A stretch of 43,336 nucleotides of DNA. It comes from Nitrospirota bacterium (lineage in GTDB: Bacteria; Nitrospirota; Leptospirillia; Leptospirillales; Leptospirillaceae). Below, one piece after another: positions 18,462 to 27,811 of the stretch. How positions within the stretch are numbered: the first letter of the stretch is position 1; each line of letters begins with the position of its first letter. Both the position numbers and the translations under genes were made by a program. The stretch is from the NCBI GenBank assembly GCA_021828525.1, contig JAJZGM010000001.1, positions 1-43,336 of the forward strand. The letters are read 5' to 3'. The notes beneath the pieces are model-generated. The model was not told where the DNA came from and searched no databases. It was given only the letters and a program-made list of their open reading frames with translations.

Positions 18462-20027
18462 TCATGGAGATACAATGACAAACTCCTCGATATGATAGAG
18501 TGGATCACTCTTGATGATCACCTTTCGGCGGATCACCTGCTGGACGGCATCCAGAAAAATCTTTTCCGAGGCGAGCTCCGCCTCGACATCCGGATGGACA
18601 TAGAGGATCACGCGGCGGTCCTTCGCTCCCCGACCCGAAGGAAGCTTCCGGAGATCTTCGAAAATTTCGTAGATGATCGTCCGGACGGACTTGACGTATC
18701 CCTTCCCGTCACAATAGGCGCAGGTTTCTCCCAGAAGGTGGACAAGGTCCTCCCGGACCCTTTTCCTGGACATTTCCACCAGACCCAGGTCCGAGATCTT
18801 GAGGGCATTGGTGCGGGCCTTGTCCTTCGTCAGCATTTCCTGAAGCCCCTGGAAAACCCTCTCCCGGTTTTTTTCCTTTTCCATGTCGATGAAATCAAGG
18901 ATGATGATTCCTCCGATGTTGCGAAGGCGCAACTGATGGGCGATTTCCTCCACCGCCTCGAGATTGGTCTTGAGGATGGTCTCCTCCGGATCCTTGTCCC
19001 CGACAAATCGCCCCGTATTCACATCAACCACCGTCAGGGCTTCGGCCCGGTCGATCACGAGGTAGCCTCCGGATTTGAGCCAGACCTTCTTCTCGAGGGC
19101 CCGGGCGACCTGCTGGTCGACCGAATATTCCTGAAAGAGAGATGATTTTCTGCTCCAGAGTTCGATTTTGTCTGCATAGGCTGGCAGATAGGTCCGGACA
19201 AATTCGAGAACCCGCTGGTGCTCTTTCTGGCTGTCGATGAGGAGACGGTCGACTTCGTTTGTCAGGTAGTCCCGTATTGTCCGGAAAACCACGTCCAGGT
19301 CGACACGAACGAGCGCCGGGGCCCGGACAGTCTCCTTCTTTGACTTGATGTCCTCCCAGAGAAGATCGAGGAAAACCATGTCCATCCTGGCTTCGTCCTC
19401 GGTCATCCCTTCCGCGACTGTCCGGATGATATACCCGCCCTTGTGGGTCCGGAGCCCCCCCACGATCTCCTTCAGCCTCTGTCTCTCTCCCTCGTTCGTG
19501 ATCCTGCGGGAGACTCCGATATGGTTGACCTGGGGCATATAGACAAGATAGCGGCCGGGAAGGCTGATATAGGTTGTTGCCCGAGGGCCCTTGGTACTGA
19601 TCGGGTCCTTTGTCGTCTGGATCAGAAGCTCCTGTCCATCGGTCAACAGCTCCTCGATGGGGCGTCTTCCCGAACGTTTTGCTGGCTCCGGCGGGGCCTC
19701 CCCTTCGGGGGTGGCCGGAATGGACACTGGGGTTTCTTCCTCGATCACCGCCCCCGGAGGAGACTCCTCACGCAGGGCATCGGGAAGCGTCTCGGTGCCT
19801 TCGACAAAGATATCGTCAACATAGAGAAAGGCGGCTTTTTCAAGACCGATATCCACAAAGGCTGCCTGCATTCCCGGGAGCACCTTGCTCACCTTTCCCT
19901 TGTAGATATTTCCCACGATCCCCTGGGCCTGCTTCCTGTCAAAAAAGTATTCGGCCAGACGTCCGCCCTCGACGATGGCCACCTTCGTCTCTTCTTCAGT
20001 CACATGAATCAGGATTTCCGAACCCAT
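18462..20027 (-). CDS. rng: Ribonuclease G/E family endoribonuclease
   Basis: 521 aa. S1-domain start (GNIYKGKVSKVLPGMQAAFVDIGLEKAAFLY), catalytic-core motifs (GGIIILDFIDM) and a zinc-link CxxC (CAYCDGKG). GGAGGG lies before the ATG. Confidence 0.9.
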   Translation of the reverse strand: MGSEILIHVTEEETKVAIVEGGRLAEYFFDRKQAQGIVGNIYKGKVSKVLPGMQAAFVDIGLEKAAFLYVDDIFVEGTETLPDALREESPPGAVIEEETPVSIPATPEGEAPPEPAKRSGRRPIEELLTDGQELLIQTTKDPISTKGPRATTYISLPGRYLVYMPQVNHIGVSRRITNEGERQRLKEIVGGLRTHKGGYIIRTVAEGMTEDEARMDMVFLDLLWEDIKSKKETVRAPALVRVDLDVVFRTIRDYLTNEVDRLLIDSQKEHQRVLEFVRTYLPAYADKIELWSRKSSLFQEYSVDQQVARALEKKVWLKSGGYLVIDRAEALTVVDVNTGRFVGDKDPEETILKTNLEAVEEIAHQLRLRNIGGIIILDFIDMEKEKNRERVFQGLQEMLTKDKARTNALKISDLGLVEMSRKRVREDLVHLLGETCAYCDGKGYVKSVRTIIYEIFEDLRKLPSGRGAKDRRVILYVHPDVEAELASEKIFLDAVQQVIRRKVIIKSDPLYHIEEFVIVSP

Positions 20028-20068
20028 TCTCTACCCTCCTGCAACGACCATTAAAATCCTCCGGCATC

Positions 20069-20094
20069 AAAAATCCTGTCCTCACGAGGAGGAC
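20069..20094 (-). terminator. Possible Rho-independent terminator after rodA
   Basis: Minus strand reads GTCCTC-CTCGT-GAGGAC, then AGGATTTTTG. The stem is short (6 bp), so confidence is modest. Confidence 0.45.
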
Positions 20095-20149
20095 TCCATC
20101 CTAGACCTTCAGGAAATCATTCGGAAGCCGTGTGATCCGCAAACCGGCG

Positions 20150-21241
20150 TTATCTCTTTGCATAAAAGCGGACATTCATCAAAAGAGCCATGGCTCCCAG
20201 AGACACAATCATGGCCGACCCCCCATAACTCATCAGAGGCATCGGAACCCCCACGACAGGAAGTATCCCGAGCACCATCAGGACATTGATCAGAAAACAA
20301 AACAGGAAAAAACCCGTCACCCCAGCCGAAAGATAGAACCCAGCAGGGTCCCGACAATCCATGGCTGTGCGGAAACCGAACCAGACCAGATAGGAGACCA
20401 AACCCAGGAAGATCAGGGCTCCGGCAAATCCCCATTCCTCCGTAAAAACGGCAAAGACAAAATCGGTATGTGCTCCGGGAAGGAACTGGTAGCGCACCTG
20501 TGTGGCCCCGGACAACCCTTGACCGAACCACCCCCCCGATCCGACCGCCACGATGGACTGGATGGTGTGGTATCCGAGGCCGGAAGGATCGGAAGCGGGA
20601 TCGATGAAAGCCCGGATCCTGTCCTTCTGGAACTCGTGGAGGTGTGCCCAGACCCCTTCCCAGAGAACCGGAAAGAAGGCCAATCCTCCCAGGACAGAGA
20701 TGGTCACGATCCTGGAAGGAATTCCCTTCAGAAAAACGAAGACGGAAAAGATGATCATCAATTCAAATGCCGTGCCAAGATCCGGCTGCCTCGCGATCAA
20801 AAGGGCCGGGAAAACCGAGGCCAGGAGAGCGGCGGCGAAACGCCCCGGCCGTAGTGGGACATCCCGTTTTTCCGGGACGAAAAGCCATGTCAGAAAGAGA
20901 ATCAGCCCCAGGATCATGAACTCCGAGGGCTGGATCTGGAACCACCCCAGCCCGATCCAGCGTCTTGCTCCATGGCTGGCATGTCCGGCAAGAAAGACGA
21001 TGGCGAGAAGCGCCAGGACAACCCCGTATATCCAGAGGGCATTTTTCAGAAAAAGGGGATAGGGAACAAGGAGGATGCCAAGTCCCATAAGAAGGCCAAA
21101 AACCTCCCAGAGTCCCTGCTTGACAGCCAGATAGGGTGTCACGGAGAACAGGGTCAGAAGATCGATTAACAGGAGGGCGGACAGAACCACCAGAAAGGCT
21201 GGATGGACCCTGACAACATAGAGGAGAATTTTGGCGATCAA
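20150..21241 (-). CDS. rodA: Peptidoglycan glycosyltransferase RodA (SEDS family)
   Basis: 363 aa, 10-TM SEDS-like, with motifs QPSEFMILGLILF, TDFVFAVFTEEWGF and LPVVGVPMPLMSYGGS. Downstream of mrdA. TTG start at 21241. Confidence 0.9.
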   Translation of the reverse strand: MIAKILLYVVRVHPAFLVVLSALLLIDLLTLFSVTPYLAVKQGLWEVFGLLMGLGILLVPYPLFLKNALWIYGVVLALLAIVFLAGHASHGARRWIGLGWFQIQPSEFMILGLILFLTWLFVPEKRDVPLRPGRFAAALLASVFPALLIARQPDLGTAFELMIIFSVFVFLKGIPSRIVTISVLGGLAFFPVLWEGVWAHLHEFQKDRIRAFIDPASDPSGLGYHTIQSIVAVGSGGWFGQGLSGATQVRYQFLPGAHTDFVFAVFTEEWGFAGALIFLGLVSYLVWFGFRTAMDCRDPAGFYLSAGVTGFFLFCFLINVLMVLGILPVVGVPMPLMSYGGSAMIVSLGAMALLMNVRFYAKR

Positions 21242-21258
21242 ATTCCAGTGTCCCTTCC

Positions 21259-23103
21259 TCAGGATGCAACGGCCGGCGCGGGATTTCCTTTTTCTGCCAG
21301 CCGCGTAATGTAGAACATGCGGAAAATCTCCCGGGCCACAGGCCCGGCCACATCTCCGCCGTCTCCTCCGTTTTCGATCAGGACGGCAACAACGATCCTG
21401 GGATCATCGAAGGGCCCGAACCCCACAAACCAGGAGTCGGCCTTCGGACGCTTGATGCCCTTGTTTTTTCCACGGTTGCTGACGACCTGGGCCGTCCCGG
21501 TCTTTCCTGCGATGGCAAAAAACGGCAGGTCCACCGGATGGCCCGTCCCGTGCGGAGCCGCCACAACATCCCTGAGATCGCCGCGGACAATATCGAAATC
21601 CTTTTTGGGAATCGGTATGGGAGTCAGGTCTGCGGCCCCGGAACTTCCCCCTTTTTCCTTCTCCCCGAGCAGGAGATGGGGGTGCGAGAGTTGTCCCTTC
21701 ATGGCCACAGCTCCCATCAATCTGGCCATTTCAAGGGGAGTGACGGTCAGAAAGCCCTGTCCGATGGCCAGGGGGGGCGTTTCTCCCGGGTACCAGGACG
21801 TGTGGAGATATTTCCTCTTCCACTCCCTGTCAGGGACAACTCCCGAAAGTTCGGCCGGAAGATCGATTCCCGTCCGGGAGCCCAGCCCAAAAAGGCGGGC
21901 CACCCTGGCAATGGGTTCGGGACCCAGGGTCATTCCAAGGTGATAGAAGTAAATGTCGCAGGACTGCTCGATCGCCTTGTGAAGATGGAGCGTTCCATGC
22001 CCCCCCCTCTTCCAGTCGTGAAAGATCACGGATCCGACCCGGAAAGTTCCTGCGCAATGGAAGGGGGCCTCGGGATCAAGCTTGTGTTCCGTCAGACCAG
22101 CCAAGGTGGTGACGATCTTGAAGACCGAGCCTGGAGGGTAAAGCCCCTGGACGGCACGGTCCGTCATCGGGTGGTCGGTGGCATGGACGAGAGTGTTCCA
22201 GCGGGCGGAACTCATGGCCTGCGAAAGCTCTTCCGAGTTGTAGGAGGGATGGCTTGCCAGGGCAAGGATTTCTCCGTTTCTGGGATCTAACGCCACGACG
22301 GCACCACGCCTGTCTCCCAGAAACCGTTCCGCAGTCATCTGGAGCCTCATGTCGATCGTGAGCCTGAGCGAGCGGCCCTCTTTCGGTGGGTCGTTCCTGA
22401 GATTCCGGACCATCCGGCCGTGGGAGTCGACCAGCTTGCGTCTCAGGCCGGGAGCTCCCTGGAGGAGGGCGTCATATTCCTTTTCGATTCCCGACTTGCC
22501 TATTCCTGTTCCCGGAGGAAGATGGCGATAGAAAGACCCCTTGAGGTCGGACGCGGTGAAAGACCCGACATAACCCAAAAGATGGGCCCCGATATTGTCC
22601 GGGGGGTAGATCCGCTTTGGCATGACCTGGATGTAAAAACCCGGCAACCGGTAAAGATCCATGTTGACCCGGCCGACCTGGGCCATGGAAAGTCCTGTCT
22701 CCAGGGGGACGGGCATGTGGGGGGGAAGGACGAATCCCAGACGGGAGAGGGCATGCCGGAGTTTGCTCGCGGGGATTCCGAGATCAAAGGCAAGCCACGC
22801 CAGTTCGCGGCGAGGATGGCGGACCTCCCCCGGAATTTCGAAAACGGCAAAATCCGGTCCATTGCGGACCAGAACCACACCATTCCTGTCGGTAATTTCT
22901 CCGCGGAGGGGAGGGATGGGCACAACTTTTACGACATTGTCCCTGGCAAGGGCCAGATAATGGCGGTGTTTGATCACCTGGACCACATAAAGGCGAACAA
23001 CCACCACCGCGATGCCCAGCCAGAAGACAAAAATCAACCCGTTGAGACGGGCCCTCGGAGATCCTAGGATCCCATTTTTATGAAAGCGGAATTCCGATGC
23101 CAT
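21259..23103 (-). CDS. mrdA: Penicillin-binding protein 2 (elongasome transpeptidase)
   Basis: 614 aa. N-terminal anchor and transpeptidase motifs (PGSVFK = SxxK, SCD in place of the usual SxN, and a KTGTA box). Sits between mreD and rodA. Confidence 0.93.
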   Translation of the reverse strand: MASEFRFHKNGILGSPRARLNGLIFVFWLGIAVVVVRLYVVQVIKHRHYLALARDNVVKVVPIPPLRGEITDRNGVVLVRNGPDFAVFEIPGEVRHPRRELAWLAFDLGIPASKLRHALSRLGFVLPPHMPVPLETGLSMAQVGRVNMDLYRLPGFYIQVMPKRIYPPDNIGAHLLGYVGSFTASDLKGSFYRHLPPGTGIGKSGIEKEYDALLQGAPGLRRKLVDSHGRMVRNLRNDPPKEGRSLRLTIDMRLQMTAERFLGDRRGAVVALDPRNGEILALASHPSYNSEELSQAMSSARWNTLVHATDHPMTDRAVQGLYPPGSVFKIVTTLAGLTEHKLDPEAPFHCAGTFRVGSVIFHDWKRGGHGTLHLHKAIEQSCDIYFYHLGMTLGPEPIARVARLFGLGSRTGIDLPAELSGVVPDREWKRKYLHTSWYPGETPPLAIGQGFLTVTPLEMARLMGAVAMKGQLSHPHLLLGEKEKGGSSGAADLTPIPIPKKDFDIVRGDLRDVVAAPHGTGHPVDLPFFAIAGKTGTAQVVSNRGKNKGIKRPKADSWFVGFGPFDDPRIVVAVLIENGGDGGDVAGPVAREIFRMFYITRLAEKGNPAPAVAS

Positions 23104-23593
23104 GTTGTTTTCGGGACGGAGGACCGGCTGTCCACCCCAGGGATCTCCTCACAAAAACGAGCATCATCCCCAGGAGTCCTGTCACCCCGTCCATCACCAG
23201 CCAATCTTTGAATAATTGTGTCTCAAGGGGGTAATCAAGAAGCTTCCTGACAAGAAGTCCAGCCCCCATATCGATACCGAGGACGATCCATACCATAAGG
23301 TACTGCCTGACACCAGAGCCTGTCGAAAAATCCGAAAGCCGTGAAAAGAGCCAGGCTTCGGAAAGATACAGAAGCACCCAGAAGGATCCCGGCCCATAGG
23401 AAACAAGAGAGAGGACGAGACCGGCCAGTAAGCCCAGGAGAAGGAACCCGTACTTCTCCTTCTTCTGCAGAAGGAAAAAAAGGAACAACGGAACCGGATT
23501 GATCCACGCAGACAGGTAAGGAAACCATCGAAGTCCGGAAACCGCCAGAACAATAAGAAGAACCAGAATCATGGCCCGGACCGGAAGGTTCAC
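23078..23593 (-). CDS. mreD: Rod shape-determining protein MreD
   Basis: 171-aa hydrophobic protein between mreC and mrdA. The GTG start overlaps the mreC stop (GTGA). Assignment rests mostly on position and hydrophobicity. Confidence 0.8.
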   Translation of the reverse strand: MNLPVRAMILVLLIVLAVSGLRWFPYLSAWINPVPLFLFFLLQKKEKYGFLLLGLLAGLVLSLVSYGPGSFWVLLYLSEAWLFSRLSDFSTGSGVRQYLMVWIVLGIDMGAGLLVRKLLDYPLETQLFKDWLVMDGVTGLLGMMLVFVRRSLGWTAGPPSRKQHGIGIPLS

Positions 23594-24450
23594 TGTCGCC
23601 CCTTTCCAAGAAGGGGTTTTTCTGTCCAGTCGAGCGGCGGAACAAGGACCATGACGGCATACAGGGACTCGAGCTTCTCGGCACTATCGAGCCTGATCGA
23701 CTGAAACAACTGGTGACGGGAGTTTCCGCTCCGGACGACGGTACCGATCAGTTGATCCGGCGGGAAGAAGCCGTCTTCTCCGGTCGTCACCACATGCACG
23801 CCATTTTCTGTCGACGCCATGGAGGGAATATATTCGAGCCTGAGAAAGTGCCCTGTCCCCCGTCCCCGCACAAGTCCATTCTGCCCCGAATCCTGAAGTC
23901 GTCCTTCCAGCGCAAACATCGGATCCTCGATCCAGAGGACCTGCGAGAATCCGGAAAAAACCCGCACAACATAACCGACGATGCCGTTGGTCCCGATCAC
24001 TCCATCCCTGACGTGGACTCCCCTTTTTTTCCCGCAGTCCAGAAGAAGGGTTTTGGGAGCGGCCGTCGGATTGTCCGCAATCACATGACAGGCAATTTCC
24101 CTTTGCGGAATCCTTTTCTTAAGGTCGAGCAAAGCCTTGAGATCCTCACTTCTCAGGAAAAGCTCCCGGTCGTGTTGAAGAGAGTTCCTGAGGGTCTCGA
24201 CCTCCAGCCGGAGCGTGCGATTTTCTTCTTCGCTCCTGACAAGATGAAGATAATGGGTCCAGAGTCCGGTCGATCCTTGCGAGAGGTCTGTGACTTCCAA
24301 AAGGACGAGACGGAAAGCCTTCAGGGGAGGGTCAAGAACCCAGCGCCGGAAAAAATCCGGATAGAATCCGAGAACCACAAACATCACCAGAACAATCAGA
24401 AAAACCGGAACGGCCTTAATGGATTTTGGTCGTTTCAGGGAAGGTCGCAC
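23590..24450 (-). CDS. mreC: Rod shape-determining protein MreC
   Basis: 286 aa. N-terminal TM, a coiled-coil segment (ENRTLRLEVETLRNSL) and a beta-rich C-terminal domain. Follows mreB. GTG start. Confidence 0.9.
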   Translation of the reverse strand: MRPSLKRPKSIKAVPVFLIVLVMFVVLGFYPDFFRRWVLDPPLKAFRLVLLEVTDLSQGSTGLWTHYLHLVRSEEENRTLRLEVETLRNSLQHDRELFLRSEDLKALLDLKKRIPQREIACHVIADNPTAAPKTLLLDCGKKRGVHVRDGVIGTNGIVGYVVRVFSGFSQVLWIEDPMFALEGRLQDSGQNGLVRGRGTGHFLRLEYIPSMASTENGVHVVTTGEDGFFPPDQLIGTVVRSGNSRHQLFQSIRLDSAEKLESLYAVMVLVPPLDWTEKPLLGKGRQ

Positions 24451-24458
24451 CGTTTCGC

Positions 24459-25490
24459 CTAGTCTCCGAGTGTGACCTTTCTCAAGACATCGAGTTCCTC
24501 AAGAGTCTTCCCCGTGCCGATGACGACAGTCGTCAGGGGATCGTCCACGGTGATGATGGGGAGACGGATCTCGTCCCGTATCCGGACGTCAAGCCCCCGG
24601 AGCATTGATCCCCCGCCCGTCAGAACGATTCCGCGGTCAATGATATCGGCCGAGAGCTCCGGAGGCGTGTTCTCAAGGGTCTTCTGCACAATCGACACGA
24701 TACTGTTGATGGTTTCCGAAAGGGCCCCGCGTATTTCCTCTTCCGTGATCTTGAGGGTTTTGGGAAGACCGGTGATGAGATCCCTCCCCTTGATGATCAT
24801 GACGTGGCCCTCTTTCTGAGGACAGGCGGATCCGATCTCCATCTTGATCCGCTCCGCCATCGAGTCCCCTATCAGAAGGTTGTGCTGCTTCTTGATGTAG
24901 GAGATGATGTCCTCGTCCATCTTGTCACCGGCCACTTTGATGGACTCGCTGTATACCGTCCCCCCCAGGGAGATCACAGCGACATCCGTCGTGCCTCCTC
25001 CGATGTCTATCACCATGTTGCCGGAAGGCTCCATGATGGGAAGCCCCGCCCCGATTGCCGCCGCGAGAGGTTCCTCAATCAGGTAGACCTCCCTGGCTCC
25101 GGCCATGCGGGCCGAATCCTTCACCGCCCTCTGGGCCACCATCGAAATTCTGGACGGGACGCAGATCACCATCCGGGGACGGACAAAAGCCGACCGCCGG
25201 TGGACCTTGTTGATGAAATAGGACAGCATCTGCTGGGCGATGTCGGGATTGTCGATGACGCCGTTCCGGACCGGCCGCACCGCCACGATGTTTCCCGGCG
25301 TCCTGCCCAACATTTTCTTGGCTTCCCGTCCGATGGCGAGGACCGAGCCCGACTTCTGGTCCATGGCCACGATCGAGGGTTCATTGATGACGATCCCCTG
25401 GTCACGCACGTAGACCAGAGTATTGGCCGTTCCAAGATCGATCGCCAGATCCTGGGAGAGAAACCCGAAAAGATTTGCGATGAGCCCCAA
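24459..25490 (-). CDS. mreB: Rod shape-determining actin homologue MreB
   Basis: 343 aa, DLAIDLGTANTLVYV...IDIGGGTTDVAVISLGG...GIVLTGGGSMLRGLD. Apparent TTG start at 25490; there is no in-frame ATG nearby. Confidence 0.97.
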   Translation of the reverse strand: MGLIANLFGFLSQDLAIDLGTANTLVYVRDQGIVINEPSIVAMDQKSGSVLAIGREAKKMLGRTPGNIVAVRPVRNGVIDNPDIAQQMLSYFINKVHRRSAFVRPRMVICVPSRISMVAQRAVKDSARMAGAREVYLIEEPLAAAIGAGLPIMEPSGNMVIDIGGGTTDVAVISLGGTVYSESIKVAGDKMDEDIISYIKKQHNLLIGDSMAERIKMEIGSACPQKEGHVMIIKGRDLITGLPKTLKITEEEIRGALSETINSIVSIVQKTLENTPPELSADIIDRGIVLTGGGSMLRGLDVRIRDEIRLPIITVDDPLTTVVIGTGKTLEELDVLRKVTLGD

Positions 25491-25509
25491 GATGATTTTC
25501 CTTTATTCT

Positions 25510-26013
25510 TTAGGGAGTCGTCGACTCCGTTGTGTCCCCGAGGGAGGTCTCCGAGGCCTTGTCCTGTCTGTTTTTATTCCCTCTGAACTCGCTCTTTCTG
25601 ACCATTGTTCCCACCAGATCATCCCCGAACCTGCGGTCGGAGGGCATTCCGGCAAGGATGAGAGCCTCAAAGGAGACAACGAGCAACCCCAGGACCCACC
25701 CGATCCATGGAATCTGGGAGAGGATGTAGGCCAGCCCCATCGGAATGTTCCGGATTGTGGACTCGTAGAAACTGCAGGGGCGCCCCGTCCTCCCGGCCAC
25801 CCACAATCCCGTCAGTCTTTTTCCGAGACTTTTGCCCCCGGGAAGACCATCGGCAACAAGGATATAGGCTGTCGCCGCCAGCCAGGCCAGCCAGGAGCTG
25901 CCCAACAGAAACCCGGCATGCTCGAGGGAAAGGGCCAGAAGATAGTCCACAAACTTGGCCAGAAATCGGTCGAAAAGGTAGGAGAATCGGTCAGACGGTT
26001 CCCTGATGTCCAC
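25510..26013 (-). CDS. RDD-family membrane protein
   Basis: 167 aa. Resembles the RDD-domain layout: RF...D..L start, two or three TM segments, GKRLTGLWV and a late RRFGDDLVGT motif. GTG start preceded by GGGGGAGGA. Confidence 0.7.
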   Translation of the reverse strand: MDIREPSDRFSYLFDRFLAKFVDYLLALSLEHAGFLLGSSWLAWLAATAYILVADGLPGGKSLGKRLTGLWVAGRTGRPCSFYESTIRNIPMGLAYILSQIPWIGWVLGLLVVSFEALILAGMPSDRRFGDDLVGTMVRKSEFRGNKNRQDKASETSLGDTTESTTP

Positions 26014-26066
26014 CCCATCCTCCCCCGGCCCGGACGGACAAATCCATAAAATTCTTCACAAGAGAA

Positions 26067-26096
26067 AACTTACCCCAGCACGCATGAAAAATGCAA
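26067..26096 (-). promoter_or_regulatory. Candidate promoter for the RDD-mreBCD-mrdA-rodA unit
   Basis: Minus strand reads TTGCAT - 18 nt - TAAGTT within the AT-rich 171-nt spacer between rpe and the RDD gene. Weak pattern match. Confidence 0.25.
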
Positions 26097-26184
26097 CACA
26101 AGATTTATTTTGGACCCGACAGGGAGGACTTTTCCGGAAATTTCTCGTTTTAATAATGATGAGCGTGGGTTTTTTCACGAAGGC

Positions 26185-26874
26185 TTACTGGTTCTCCTCC
26201 AGACGCTTGCGGATATCCCTGAAGACAGCCTCGCAAGGAGTGTCTCCAAAAATGGCGGAACCCATGACCACGGTGTCGGCCCCGCAGTCCACCACCCGGG
26301 CAATGTTGGCAGGCTTGATCCCTCCGTCGACCTCCAGTCTCACGTGGCTGGCCCCTCTCTTGTCCAGCAGATCCCGCATGGCGGCAATCTTTTCGAAGGA
26401 GTGGGGGATGAAGGACTGTCCCCCGAAGCCTGGGTTCACCGTCATGACGAGAACCAGGTCGATCATGTCGAGGATTTCCGAGACCATGGTCACGGGGGTA
26501 GCCGGGGAAAGGGCCACGCCCGCCCTCATGCCAAGCTCCCGGATCCGGGAGAGGACGTAATGGAGATGAGAGGAGGCCTCCCAATGGACAGTCACCCGGT
26601 GCATCCCGTATTGCGCGAGCTCCGGAAGGTAGATCTCCGGGTGCTCCACCATCAGGTGGGCTTCGAGGGGAACATCCGTGATTTTCCGCAGCCCTTCGAT
26701 GACGGGAGGCCCGAATGTCAGATTGGGAACGAAATGGCCATCCATCATGTCCAGGTGCAGAAGGTCGGCACCGGCGGAGGAGGCCTCCCGGACCTCCTCT
26801 CCCAGGGCAAGAAAGTCGGCGGAGAGAATGGAGGGGGCGATCAGGATCTTGCGGCCGTTCCGGGAGAGCATCAT
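26185..26874 (-). CDS. rpe: Ribulose-phosphate 3-epimerase
   Basis: 229 aa, IAPSILSADFLALGEEV...LHLDMMDGHFVPNLTFG...MTVNPGFGGQSF. Confidence 0.95.
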   Translation of the reverse strand: MMLSRNGRKILIAPSILSADFLALGEEVREASSAGADLLHLDMMDGHFVPNLTFGPPVIEGLRKITDVPLEAHLMVEHPEIYLPELAQYGMHRVTVHWEASSHLHYVLSRIRELGMRAGVALSPATPVTMVSEILDMIDLVLVMTVNPGFGGQSFIPHSFEKIAAMRDLLDKRGASHVRLEVDGGIKPANIARVVDCGADTVVMGSAIFGDTPCEAVFRDIRKRLEENQ

Positions 26875-27759
26875 CTAAAAGGCATGCCGCGAGAGGGAGA
26901 GGCTGGAACCGGCCATGGCCTCGAGCCTCCGGATACGCTCTTCCGTTGGGGGATGAGTCGAGAAAAAGGCCATCAGACCTCCCGCGTGGAAGGGTTCGAG
27001 AATGAACATGTGCGCTGTGGAAGGGTTGGCGGCCATGGGAACGGCGTCGATGCCCCGTTCAAGTTTGGACAGGGCCCGGGCCAGGAACAGGGGATTTCCG
27101 CAAAGCTTCGCCCCCCCTTCGTCGGCCGCGAATTCCCTCGAGCGGGAGATCGCCATCTGGACCAGCATGGCGGCGATGGGAGCCAGGATGATCATCAGGA
27201 GATCCCCGAATCCTCCCCCTTCCCGCTCCTCGCGTTCACGTCCTCCGAAGATGGCCGCCCACTGGGCCATGCTTGCCAGCATCGTGACTGCTCCCGCGAT
27301 GGAAGCGGCCACCGTGGAGGTCAGGGTGTCCCGGTTGACGACATGGGTCAGCTCGTGACCCAGAACACCCGACAGTTCCTCCGGCGTCATGAGGTCCATG
27401 ATCCCGGTCGTGACCGCAACTGCCGCATGGGACGGATCCCGGCCCGTCGCAAAGGCGTTGGGAGAGGGATCGTCGATGATGTACAGGCGGGGAACGGGAA
27501 TCCCGCCGCGCCGGGCAAGACCCGCCAGAAGCTGCTGGATCTCACGGATTCGGGGATTTCCGGACTCTCCAGTCACTTCATGGGCCTGGTACATCGAGAG
27601 AACGATCTTGTCGGAAAACCACCAGGAAAAGAAATTCATCCCCACCGAGAGGACCAGGGCGACCACCATTCCCGTCTGGCCTCCCAGCTGTTTTCCGATC
27701 ACAAGGAGGAAGCCCGTCAGAAGTCCGAGAAGAAGAACGGTCTTGAAAGAGTTGAACAT
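26875..27759 (-). CDS. htpX: Zinc metalloprotease HtpX (M48 family)
   Basis: 294 aa, TM-rich, with the HELTHV zinc motif and a downstream EFAAD segment. Confidence 0.93.
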   Translation of the reverse strand: MFNSFKTVLLLGLLTGFLLVIGKQLGGQTGMVVALVLSVGMNFFSWWFSDKIVLSMYQAHEVTGESGNPRIREIQQLLAGLARRGGIPVPRLYIIDDPSPNAFATGRDPSHAAVAVTTGIMDLMTPEELSGVLGHELTHVVNRDTLTSTVAASIAGAVTMLASMAQWAAIFGGREREEREGGGFGDLLMIILAPIAAMLVQMAISRSREFAADEGGAKLCGNPLFLARALSKLERGIDAVPMAANPSTAHMFILEPFHAGGLMAFFSTHPPTEERIRRLEAMAGSSLSLSRHAF

Positions 27760-27811
27760 TGTCTTGAAACTCCCCTATGGGTTCTGTCGTTTGTTGGTCA
27801 TTTTCAAAATT

